In this document: piece by piece, positions 53,000 through 64,000 of the stretch
How the letters are laid out: the number at the start of each line of letters is the position of its first letter
Numbering within the stretch: position 1 is the stretch's first letter
The notes under the pieces: model-generated
Databases searched by the model: none
Seen by the model: only the letters and a program-made list of their open reading frames with translations
What the model was told of the DNA's origin: nothing
Assembly: GCA_964016885.1 (NCBI GenBank)
Contig: OZ024743.1
Location: 215,264,001 to 215,328,000 of the forward strand
Direction: 5' to 3'
DNA: 64,000 bases
DNA from: Eledone cirrhosa
Lineage: Eukaryota
Made by a program: the position numbers and the translations under genes

Positions 53000-55900
53000 T
53001 CATTTTTGGGGCCCTTTCTGCCCGTGTATTTGTTTGTTTATGTGTGTCCGTATACAGCGTTGTGATAATGCCACACAAGGGCCAAGTGGGATGGCGGATC
53101 CACAGATGGCTATGTAAACATACATTCGCCAATCCTCGATAAGAGTGTTTAAATATCGAACATAAACAGTTCGAATAACGGTGAAATGGAGACTAGAACG
53201 TCATGTGACAGACTCTCACCCAACAGGTGCCCCCTGGCTCAGCAGCAGGAACCTGACTGTCAACCAAATACTGCTGATGTTGGAGGAAGAAGAAGAAGGA
53301 AAGGGGCCAGAACCAACTGGACGAAAGAATTGAATAGAACTGTTATGCAATGCTACCTGAAAAGTAACCCCAAGGAGAGGGGCTACAGGAGACGGATGCA
53401 TAACATCTGGAACGAGATTGGTTTATTTAAATTAGATGAACAAAAATTGGCCGGGCAGGCTCGGGTAATAAGAACTAATGGGTGGATAAGCGAGCTGGAA
53501 CTGGAGGAACTGAGCAGAGAGAATGGCTTGGAGATGGCGGGTGTAGTATGCCAGACAAGCGAGACGGCGGGAAATGAAGGTGAGGAGGTCCTGAGAACGG
53601 AGGAACCACCCGAAGCAGACAATGATCTGAATACTGAGATAAATAATACCTGGAACAGAGATACGGCCACTGAGGAGATGAATGCTGACGGGCTAGGACA
53701 AGATTCGGTTGACATCCTAAATTTAGTGGTAGATGAGTTGAACAATGATAGTGGGAGACCTATGAACCTAAGATTTGTAGACAGGAAAAAGTTAAAAGAA
53801 ACAACAGCTAAGGTAAACAAAGTCATCCCATACCTTGAGGCGAGGAGTCTTCACCAGTGCAACAATATCCTCAAAGCAACAGCAAATACGGTGAGGAAAC
53901 TACTTGGTATAAAAGCGAGAGGAAACAACAGACAAGAAAGAGCAGAGCCGTGGTGGAAGAAGCGACTGAGTGGGCAAATCGGGGAAATGAGAAATGACAT
54001 AGGAAAGCTTGAGTCACTACTGAATGGGACACTAAAAAACATAGGCACTAAAAATAGACTGGAAATAAAATACAAAACTAGGAGTAAAAAGCTAAATATT
54101 ATCATAGAGGAATTGAAGCAACGCATTGTAGCAAAGAGTGCCAAAATCAGGCGATACGAGAACAGAGTCAGTCAGTATAAACAGAACCGCATGTTCGACA
54201 ACAACCAGAAGATGCTGTTTGGACAGCTTGAGGGGAAAGAAAGAGGCAACGACTTGATCCCTGGGGCGGAACAAGCTAAAACATTCTGGAGAGGAATATG
54301 GGAGCAGGATGTTAGACACAATGCCCAGGCAGGGTGGATTGAGACAGTACAGAGGGAGATCGGTGAGCAGGCACAGCAACAGACTGATTTGAGTATCACA
54401 GTTGAAACTCTTAAGGGGCAAGCCAAAAAACTAACCAACTGGAAATCACCAGGCCCAGATGGTGTGCAGGGGTATTGGATTAAACATTTAACATCCCTCC
54501 ACCCGAAGCTGACGGCCATGTTCAATGACTGCTTGGTGTCGGGTGAGGTGCCAGAGTGGTTGACAAAAGGTACCACAGTTCTGATAATGAAAGACCGAAT
54601 CAAGGGTAATGATGTTACCAACTATAGACCTATCACATGTCTGCCCGTAATGTGGAAACTGTTGACGAGCATTGTGTCTGAGGAAATCTACCATCACCTC
54701 CACACAAACAACTTGTTGCCGGACGAACAGAAAGGATGCCGAAAGAAGTCACGTGGTACAAAGGACCAGTTGCTTATTGATAAGATGGTAATGGGGAATT
54801 GCAGGAGGAGACACACTGATCTTGCCATGGGATGGATAGACTACAGAAAGGCATTTGACATGGTGCCTCATTCCTGGATCACCAAAAGCCTGGAGATCTT
54901 CAGGGTGGCAGATAACATCAGACAGTTGCTGGGCAGGAGTATGGGGTCCTGGGAGACAGAGTTGACATCAACTGGAGTATCCTTGGGAAGCGTGAATATC
55001 AAGAGAGGTATCTTCCAGGGAGATAGCCTGTCCCCTCTGTTGTTTGTCCTTGCCCTGATGCCCTTGACCATTATGCTGCGAAAAGTGAGAGCAGGATACA
55101 AGTTGGGAAGGGGAGAGCTTACCATCAATCACCTCCTCTTCATGGACGATCTTAAGCTCTTCGGGAAAAGTGAGAAGGAGTTGGATGTGCTTGTTGACAC
55201 TGTCCGTATTTTCAGCAGTGATATATGTATGCAGTTTGGTATTGGTAAATGTGGAGTCATTGTGATGAGGAGGGGTAGGTTGAGCAGAAGTAACGGGATC
55301 CAGATACCAACAGGTGAGATGATAAAGGAAATTGACTCTGAGGAAGGATACAAGTATTTGGGCGTTCTGGAGGCTGATGGCATAAAGAACAAAAAAATGA
55401 AGGAATTGTTAAGAACTGAATACATTCGGAGAGTAAGGAGCGTATTGAAGTCACATCTGAACAGCAGAAATGCCATAAGCGCAGTAAATTCCCGAGCTGT
55501 GTCTATTATTAGGTAGAGTGCGGGAATTCTGAGATGGAATGTTGCTGAACAAAAAGAAATGGATAGGAAGACTAGGAAGCTATTGACTATCTACAACATG
55601 TTCCACAAGAGGAGTGATGTCGATAGACTCTACCTAAGGAGATCTGAGGGTGGAAGAGGTCTTATCAGCATAGAGGACTGTGTTCAGATGGAGAAAAACA
55701 ACCTATACAAATACGTGACCTATAGTAAGGAGCCAATGCTCAGAGCTGTACTGAAGGAGGGGACAGTAGGCCAGGGGATACCCAAGGAGGAAATAACATC
55801 AAGGAGGAAGAGCAGCCTTAAGGGAAAATCCCTTCAGAGTACCTTCTTTGAGAAAACTGAATTTAGAGATCCACAGACATGGAACTGGTTGAGAAGAGGA

Positions 55901-56687
55901 GACCTCAAAAAGGCTACAGAAGGAATGCTAATGGCTGCGCAGGAGCAGGCCCTCAAAACGAAGTGGTTGAAGCACCATATCTACAAGGAGGAGGCTAGCC
56001 CACTGTGCAGGATCTGTGGAGAAAGAGAGGAGACTGTGGCTCACATTGTGTCCGAGTGTAAACACCTAGCCCAGACCCACTATAAGGGCTGGAGACACGA
56101 TGTGATGGGCAGGGTGATCCACTGGCACCTGTGCAAAGTAAACAATCTACCACATTCTGAGAAATGGTATGAGCATAGGCCAGAGGCGGTGATGGAGAAC
56201 AGTCAGGTGAAGGTGCTGTGGGATTTTAGGATACAGACGGACAAAAAACTGGAACACAATAGACCTGACCTGGTGGTTGTGGACAAAGAAAAAAGATCGT
56301 GCCTGATTGTGGATGTGGCCTGCCCGTTCGACACGAGAGTGCAAGAGAAGGAGAGGGAGAAAATTAACCGATACCAGGACCTAAAGTGGGAGGTGAAAAG
56401 GATTTGGAACTGCCATGAAGTCAAAGTGATCCCGATTGTCATAGGCGCACTGGGGACTATCTCCAAAGGTTTCCAGGGATGGTTAAAGAAAATCGGCCCC
56501 TTCACGCTTTTTGGAACGCTTCAAAAGGCATGCTCGCTTGGAACGGCAAGAACCCTCCGATACGTCCTGAATATCTGAGGCTGCAGGTAGTGGCTTGATA
56601 TTCAATCCAACGGACTTTCCAGTTAACCAACATCAATGACTGAGATTCAAGGAATAACAATAACAATAATAATAATAATAATAATAA
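53000..56687 (+). mobile_element. R4/Dong-like RLE-type non-LTR retrotransposon, near intact
   Basis: Single long reading frame, short 3' UTR and an (AAT)n tail at 56654-56687. The 5' boundary is uncertain. Confidence 0.9.
53186..56578 (+). pseudogene. RT plus CCHC plus restriction-like endonuclease ORF (about 1130 codons) with one in-frame TAG at 55514-55516
   Basis: WKSPGPDG, NYRPITCL, QKGC, IDYRKAFDMVPH, GIFQGDSLSPLLF, FMDDLKL, CRICGEREETVAHIVSEC, RHD and RPD..D..EK..Y. The ORFs 53186-55516 and 55559-56578 share a frame. Confidence 0.93.
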
Positions 56688-58850
56688 ACCACCTGATAAC
56701 AAATGACCTATTTCCCATTGAGCTGAAAGGGTGTAAACGAGGCTCATATGGCTGTAAGGATCAGCTTCTGGTTAACAAAATGATACTGGAAGATTGTCAT
56801 AATAGACACAAAAATCTATCGATTGCTTGGATAGATTATAAAAAAGCATTCGATAGTTTGCCACACAGTTGGATTGAAAAATGTTTAGAGATTTTCAAAG
56901 TATCCCCCGTTGTCAGGAGGTTTTTGTCATTCAGTATGAAGACATGGAAAACGACACTCCTTTTGAATAGTGAAACAAAATCACTGGAAGCTGGAGAAGT
57001 TAATATTAATTGTGGAATTTTTCAGGGTGACTCTTTATCACCGCTTTTATTCTGCATCGCACTTATACCATTAAGTAAAATGCTCAATGAAACAATACAT
57101 GGATATAAAGTCTATGACAAAACCATTAATCACCTGTTCTACATGGATGACCTGAAACTATTTGCAAAAAATGATGAACAATTGCAAGGGCTATTATCCA
57201 CTGTGGAGCAGTTCAGTGATGACATTAATATGGAGTTTGGACTAGATAAATGCGCCAAAGCAACGTTCACCAGAGGAAAGCTGCTGAAGAGTTCAGACAT
57301 TAATCTTGATCGGGGGAACGTGATAAGAGAACTTGATCAAGAAAAAACTTACAAATATCTAGGTGTTTGTGAAGGAGACGGAATCAAGCACTCGACAATG
57401 AGGGAAAGGATAAGGAAGGAATGTTACCGCAGAGTAAGAGCAATCTTAAGAACGGAATTGAATGCAAGGAATAGGATCGATGCCATAAACACGCTTGCCA
57501 TACCAGTAGTAACCTACAGTTACAATGTCATCAACTGGTCAAGCACAGAGATCCGTAGGCTCGATACAAACATTTGAAAATTCGGAACCATGCACAGATG
57601 CATCATCCTAAGGCAATATATAGATAGAATATATCTCCCTAGGAAAGAAGGAGGACGTGGGTTAATCCAGTTAGACATTGCGTTGAAAACTGCAACAATT
57701 GGATTATCTACATTTCTAAGGGAATCACATGATTGGATGATCAGACTCGTTTTGAAACACGAAAGCATCAAAAGATCATATTCCATTACAAAAGATGCAC
57801 AAATATACAGTAATGGACTACAAATTTCAGAAGTCCCATTTACTGCTGAAATGGAAAACACAGAAAAAGCAAAGCAGGTAAAAGTAACTGCAAAGAAAGA
57901 ACTGCTACAGAAACTGGCTAAGAAATGTCAAGAAAAGCCTTTGTATGGAAAATACCCAGAGCGAGCTAACAATCCTGATATTGACAAAACTTTAACCCAT
58001 CAGTGGTTGGCATCCTCTGGACTGAAATCGGAAACTGAAGGACTGATTATATCAGCACAAGATCAGTGTCTGCCAACAAAAAATTACCAAGCCAAAAAAT
58101 GGATGCAGCCCATTATGCCGTGTATGCAAAAAACAACCAGAGACCATTCACCATATAATTTCAATGTGCAGTCCTATAGCTCCAACCGGATACCTAAACA
58201 GGCATGACAGAGCTGCACAATGCATACATTGGATAATGTGTAAGCATTTTGACCTGCCCCATCAAAAGAATTGGTGGGCGCATCAACCACCTCCCATACT
58301 TGAAAAAGATCACATCTCAAACTTGTGGAAGTTTAGCATCGAAACAGACCGAAAAATAGATGCAAATAGACCTGATATAATATTGAAGGACTTTAAAAAG
58401 AGGGTATGCCTGCTAATTGATATGTCTGTTCCAATAGACAAGAATATATCTATAAAAACATTTGAAAAATGGAGCAAGTATAAGGACCTGGAGATAGAAA
58501 TTGGAAAAATGTGGAAATTCAGAACTAAAACAATACCAGTAGTTGTAGGCGCTCTGGGAATGATACCTAAGGGGTCTAATGATTACTTATCGCAAATCCC
58601 AGGAAACCCGCGTATAGGAGAAATACAAAAGATAGTACTAATGGGAACTGCCAATATAGTAAGGAAGATTCTGTCAATATAAGTACATCAAAAGTCTAAA
58701 CACTAAAGATGCATGTGTGAGTATGTATGTTCTTTCTTAAACATGGCGCACCTTGTTGTCTTTTGAAGTCACTGGTTGTGACTTGGTGATAACTCGTATG
58801 AACATAAAGCAAGATCAATGCAACTGTAATAATAATAATAATAATAATAA
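56688..58850 (+). mobile_element. Second, 5'-truncated R4/Dong-like element (different subfamily, stop and frameshifts)
   Basis: KGCKRGSYGCKDQL, IDYKKAFDS, GIFQGDSLSPLLF, YMDDLKLF, RHD, NRPDI and IPVVVGALG. Ends in (AAT)n. Confidence 0.92.
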
Positions 58851-58855
58851 CAATG

Positions 58856-61800
58856 ATTTCTTTATTAACCACAAGGGTTTACATAAAGTAGACATTAAGG
58901 ACAGTGTAGGACAATACAGGACGGTACAAATGGGCATTTCTGCGTGTAAAAAACAAAAACAGAGGATGTAACAAAAAATAACAATGAAAAATTCCCCAAT
59001 AGGGGGGAGACTTCGGAGGGACATTTGTGGAGAAAGCCCAGTAAAAGGCCACAGTGACCCTAACCACCAAGGCAAGTGCCCTCTTCCAGTTTTCCACCTT
59101 GAATTTACATATACGTACTCAGTGTAGGCCCATTCACACTGGCCATTCTTGCTTCTCTCACCCATCTTTCAAAAAAATGCTGGGAAGAGAGCACTTCCCT
59201 CTCTACTCTGATTTTCCTTTTCAAATGAAACTTGAAAAAGTCATTCAGGGCATCACTGAAGAGGTAAGTGCTCGTCTTCAGCCCTTTCAAACGTGTCCAC
59301 CATACTATCTCTTTCGCCATGGCCACCAGACAGATAAAAACTGCCTGCTCTTCCCGGCTAAAAGAAGAGGGCGGGGCAATCCTCACGATGGACTCAGATG
59401 ATAGCCGGATCCGTCCTACACGCGACAGCAGGTGTTCGACATAAACCCACAAGTCAGCAATTTTTGGACTCTGGACGAGTGCGTGCAGGACGGTTTCGTC
59501 GCCCTGCGCGCATCTCGGACATGCCCGGCTGACGGCCCCTCCATGCCTGTAGAGTTTATCCCGAACTGGAAAGGCTCCTCGGTAGCACTGCCAGGCCAGA
59601 GATTTCTGGAAGTTATCCATAGGTCCCGGCCCGAAAGTTCTTCCGAAGAGATTGGCTAGTTGATTTTCGTCGACGCCTAGAGTTTCCCCAAGTACGCCCC
59701 CTCCACTAATCCCCTATAGAATGCCGAGGTGGAGTTTCCACCGATCACATTGCCCGATTGGTTGAGGGGTGTGAGCGCCTGAAGACATTCCAGTCTCCAG
59801 CCGCTCCCTCTCGATCTTCGCTTGACCCAGGACTGCAGCTCCGTCAAGGAAACGAGCTGGGAAAATACGTGTCTAGCAAACGGCGACCACACCTGATCAC
59901 CGTCGAGGAAGAGGTGGAGATGTCGTAGCTAAGCGCGTGTCTGTGCATCATCAGCCACGGCATTCCCAGCCCTCCACGTAGCGCGTCCTTTCCATAAAAA
60001 GCGAAAGAGCAAACGCTCCAGCGCAGTCAGGCAGTGCTTAGGACAAGGTACGACGGTCAAGCGGTAGTAGATGACGGACGCGATATATCACGTTAGCCAC
60101 CTCCGCTCGACCTTTCAGGGATAGCTTCCTCTCAGCCCATTTATGGGTGAGAGAAGCCACCCTGCTCGTCACCTCGTACCAGTTTTTGTCCGTCTGGAGA
60201 TCCGGACCGAACCAGACCCCGAGCAATTTAACTGGTCCGTCCGTCCAGCGGCCGACGACGCCGTTGGTCGTTATGGACCTGCCTCTCCAAGTGCCGAGCT
60301 GCAGGCCAACTGACTTTTCCTGGTTGATCATTGCTCCTGTCACCGCTTCGTATTCTTTTAGTGTAGTGCCGATCGCCTCGACATGTTTGGCGTTCGACAC
60401 CACTACGGTGACATCGTCCGCATATGCTGACACGGATCTTCCACATCCTAGTTCGCGCGGGACCCCCCTCAACGTCTCCAGTTTGTGCAGTAATGGCCCG
60501 AGAGTCAATACGTACAAGAGGGACGAGAGGGGACATCATTGGCGGACCGAGCGCATGATGTTGAACGGTTCTGAAAGGTGACCGTTCACTTTCACCACAG
60601 AGCAGATGTTGATGTGCATGGCAGCCTCTGAAGACGGGCCCAAACCAGCCGCCCTCAGGACTGCCGCTAGGTAACGATGGTCGACCCTATCGAAGGCTTT
60701 CGACTGATCTAAATTGATCAAGGACCCACCCGTGCCAGGTTCCCTAGCTACCATCTCTACGACGTATCGCATGAGGTGGAGTTTGTCGTGGATGGATCTG
60801 TCGGGAATGGCGCATGTCTGCGCCCCTCACTCCAGATCACCAACGACAAGCGCCAACCTCTTTGCCAGCACCCTGGCCAAAATCTAGAACTCTATGTTTA
60901 GCAGAGCTATGGGCCTAACATTATCTATGTTATCCCCCTTGTTCGGATCCTTTCTCAGCACCGCCACAGCTCCTAGGCTCACAGAGCTGGAAATTCTCCC
61001 GTTCTGTTGCCAGTTGCAGTAGACGTACGATAAGAGGCCTCCGAACAAGTCTGGCATCTGTACGTAAAATTCATAGGGCAGACCATCCAAACCAGGCGAT
61101 TTACCCCTTGTGCAGCTAGTCATTGCGTCCCGTACTTCAGCGGTTGTTATCGGCTTTTCGCAACACTCCGCCTCAGTGGCCGAGAGGCGCGGCAGTCCGT
61201 CGAAGTAGACACTAAAGTCCATCCATCGATCCGGCTCGCCGCTTCCCCCGAACATCTGAGCGAAGTGTCGCTGAAAAGCTTCACACATTTGCCCGGGATC
61301 GAGTAGCATGTGCCAGTCGTGGTCCACCAAAGTACCGATCATGGCTTTGTGGCCACGACACGCCTCCGCCACTCGGGCCCATTGAACGACTTTCGTTCCC
61401 TCGTGTCTGAGAGCACGCAGCCTAGCTCTGACAACGCAGCCTTCGTGCTTTGCATTGAAAAATTGGTCAAGGGCCAATTTCGCCGCAAGTACGTCGGTCG
61501 GATGCCTTTGCTAAGCGCCTCGTCTAATTTTCTAACTAATTCTGCCTCTGCTCTATTTGTCTCTATTGCTAAAGCCTTACTAAACCTAATGGACTCTATT
61601 CTAGTTGCTCTTTTCGGAGCAAACCACCACTTGTTGTTGACGATGGCCCCCGTCAACGCCCGCTTAACTAGTTCGCTAATCTGGTCTCTGTAGACCTTGT
61701 GCGCTGGTAGAGACGCGTTTAGCTTCCAGTAGCCGGGTCCTCGTCTATGAAGCCTATCTAAGTCAAGCACACTGATCACAAATTTGTGGTCCGTGTACCT

Positions 61801-64000
61801 GACTATCTTGAATTGTGGACAGCCTATGCTAGACCTATCTATTTCTCTACCAAATACTCTATCTAGATATGATCTGGATGACACTATGCGATTTGTCCAA
61901 GTCCACATTGGCACATTCGGGAAATCCAATCGGCACCCTCCTCTCCTATCCGCTAATCCCACACAGTCCCAGCGTGCATCTAAGATCCCGTTCCAGTCGC
62001 CCACTAACACTATAGAGTGGGACGTTCCAAGAAAGGTCTCCAGACGCCGGAAGAAATCAGGCCGCCCTGCTCCTGTCGGGGCATAGAGGGCCACTAGCCT
62101 GAGAGCTTGCCCTTCTCCTCTGATCACGTCTAGCACCACCAACTTACCTTCTTGGGGCAGGAAGATCGCCCGTATGGCGAAATCCAAACCTCTCCGAAAA
62201 AGCACGGCAACTCCATCCACCCGATCCCGGACGGCTGGGAGATGCGTACACATCGTAGCCGCCTAAGATCGGTGCGAAGGCCCGTGATTCGGAGATTCTG
62301 GTCTCGCTGATAGCCACTACATCTATGTTTAGTGATCTGAGGTCGTTGAGCAGGTGGCCCTGCTTCCATGACGACCCCAAGCCACGCGCACTTATGCTGC
62401 ATATCCTGAGTGAAGTCATGTTGAAATGGAGTGGAAAAGATGGAAAAGACCACTTACCTTACTTCTCGTAGAGGAAGGATGGTTTCTCCATCCTTTTCAC
62501 TGCTTGTGGCCTCCTCCGGAAGGATGTCCTTATAAATCGTCCTGGAGAGTGTTTGTCGAAAGTCTCCGATGTATTTGGGGTATATTTGTTTTACTGTCGT
62601 GTACGTTTTCTGTGTGATGCGAGTGATTTGTATGTGTGGAGGTGGTGTGAACTTTTGGGTTGTTGTGTAGTCTTTTTCTGTGATGCTGGTGTTGTGTTGG
62701 ATGTAGTGTAATAATTGGTTGTTGTTCAAATTTAATGCTGTGTAGTGTGTATCGTTTTGGTTGTTTTGTTTTGTTTGCGTTTGTTGAGTGTTTGCTTCTG
62801 TTACGCTTTTTGGTGACTTTTGTGGTGTTAGTGATGGTGGTGTTGGGGTTAATGATGGTGATGGTGTTATGTTTGTGGTGATGGGGTTGGTGATGCGGGT
62901 GTGGATGGTAGCATATATGTCTTAACTTTCTTGTTCGATAATTTATTTGTTTCCCTCTGTATTTTGTTTATTGAGGGGGAAGGAAGAGATTTTTTTTCTT
63001 TTTTGGTTTCTTTTTTTTTTCTTTTTTCCTGATACCGTTTCCCACTCCTCGTCGTCACAATCTGTCTCCAGTTGCGAAAATCCGGGGAGTGGAAAATCCT
63101 CCACAGGCGTTGGTTTTGATTGTGGCGTGGTGGATGGTGTAGGCGCTGGTGCTAGTTCTGGGGCGTTGGGTGGTGGTGGTGTTGGTTTTGCTACTGTTGC
63201 TGGGGTTGTTGCTGTTACAGTTGCTTCTGTTGTTGCTGCTACAGTTGTTGCTGCTATTTCTGCTGCTGGTGGTGTTAATGATTGAGTCACTGGGGTGGGT
63301 AAGAGAGGTGTCCTCAACCTTTTAGCCTGAGGGCAGAAAGCCCTTAGGTGGGTTCCTTCACCACAAACGACACACCTAGGTCTTCTGCCCTCGACGATTA
63401 CGGTGAAGTGGCTGCCGTCAGTGAGGTCTATTACTTCTGGAATCTCCTCAATGCTTTTATGGTCCGCTTAGATCAGGAGCTACATTCCAGATCCGGACCA
63501 GTTCTCCTGCTTTTCTTTTGCTATTTCTATTATTTTGGTGTTGGCCTCGATGCCGGCGAGGACGGCAGCCATTAGCCAGGGAATTTCGATGGCCGGTGGA
63601 ACGTGGGTCACCCTGAATTTCACAAGTCTCTGGCCACAATAGCTTGGGATGAGTGTGAAGTCCTCACTTGTTAATGGAGTGTTCTCTGGCCTCCTGTGGT
63701 GTTTCAAAGAACACGTCCACGGTTCCATACTTCTGCCCACGTCTGATGTGGGGTTTTTTTGCCCACACATGTCCGAAAGCTTTTTGGATTTGGAACTCAG
63801 ATACCCGTTCCACTCGGCGCGATTTTATGTTTATTGTTCGATAAGACACGGTGCATAGGCGACGTTGCTCCATTTTATTAGGTGTGTGTGTGGGGGGGGG
63901 GGGGGGCTGACCTTGTACCCATCTTTCATTACCATTCCTTTGGCTTCGTCTAATTCTTCCTGAGTTACCTGGATCGCATCGCTCGTTTTTGCTACTCTGG
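58856..64000 (-). mobile_element. L1-clade Tx1-like non-LTR retrotransposon, degenerate (5' end beyond the window)
   Basis: ORF1 pieces at 62450-63873. APE: LVGDWNGILD, YLDRV, TDHK. RT: KSPGLDGLP, DQSKAFDRV, YADD. C-terminal CPRC..ETVLHAL. 3' end AATAAAGAAA. Confidence 0.92.

Noticed and set aside
53204-53285. Possible HDV-like ribozyme near the R4 ORF start (TGACAG/CTGTCA, CCAACA/TGTTGG, CTGAT)
   Set aside because: The pairing order is suggestive, but the P3/L3 sizes are wrong and the P1.1 GG is missing.
55514-55516. Programmed stop-codon readthrough or recoding
   Set aside because: TAG is one substitution from a Tyr codon conserved in the paralog, so a mutation or sequencing error is simpler.
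56636-56690. N-terminus MTEIQGITITIIIII of the 313-aa ORF
   Set aside because: It is a chance read-through from the upstream element's 3' UTR and (AAT)n tail into a truncated RT.

Overview
AT-rich eukaryotic DNA made up almost entirely of transposable elements and microsatellites. It is probably from an octopod cephalopod, an inference from the tRNA-derived Meta-domain SINE family and the repeat content. No host protein-coding gene could be confidently identified. Identifiable elements: two L1/Tx1-like LINEs, one of which has lost its RT core; a near-intact R4/Dong-like RLE-type non-LTR element with a single in-frame TAG, stacked with a second 5'-truncated copy at (AAT)n repeats; a Helitron cluster (RepHel N-terminal fragment plus non-autonomous copies); an RTE fragment with twin-priming geometry; nine copies of one SINE family; and many Penelope-like element (PLE) remnants. 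The most notable signal is about 18 hammerhead-ribozyme (HHR)-like motifs, read by eye. They lie in PLE pseudo-LTRs and in small non-coding inverted or foldback elements sitting in (TA)n. Some copies share non-canonical cores (CCGAUGA, CAGAAGA). All calls come from manual reading. Boundaries are approximate and no database searches were run.
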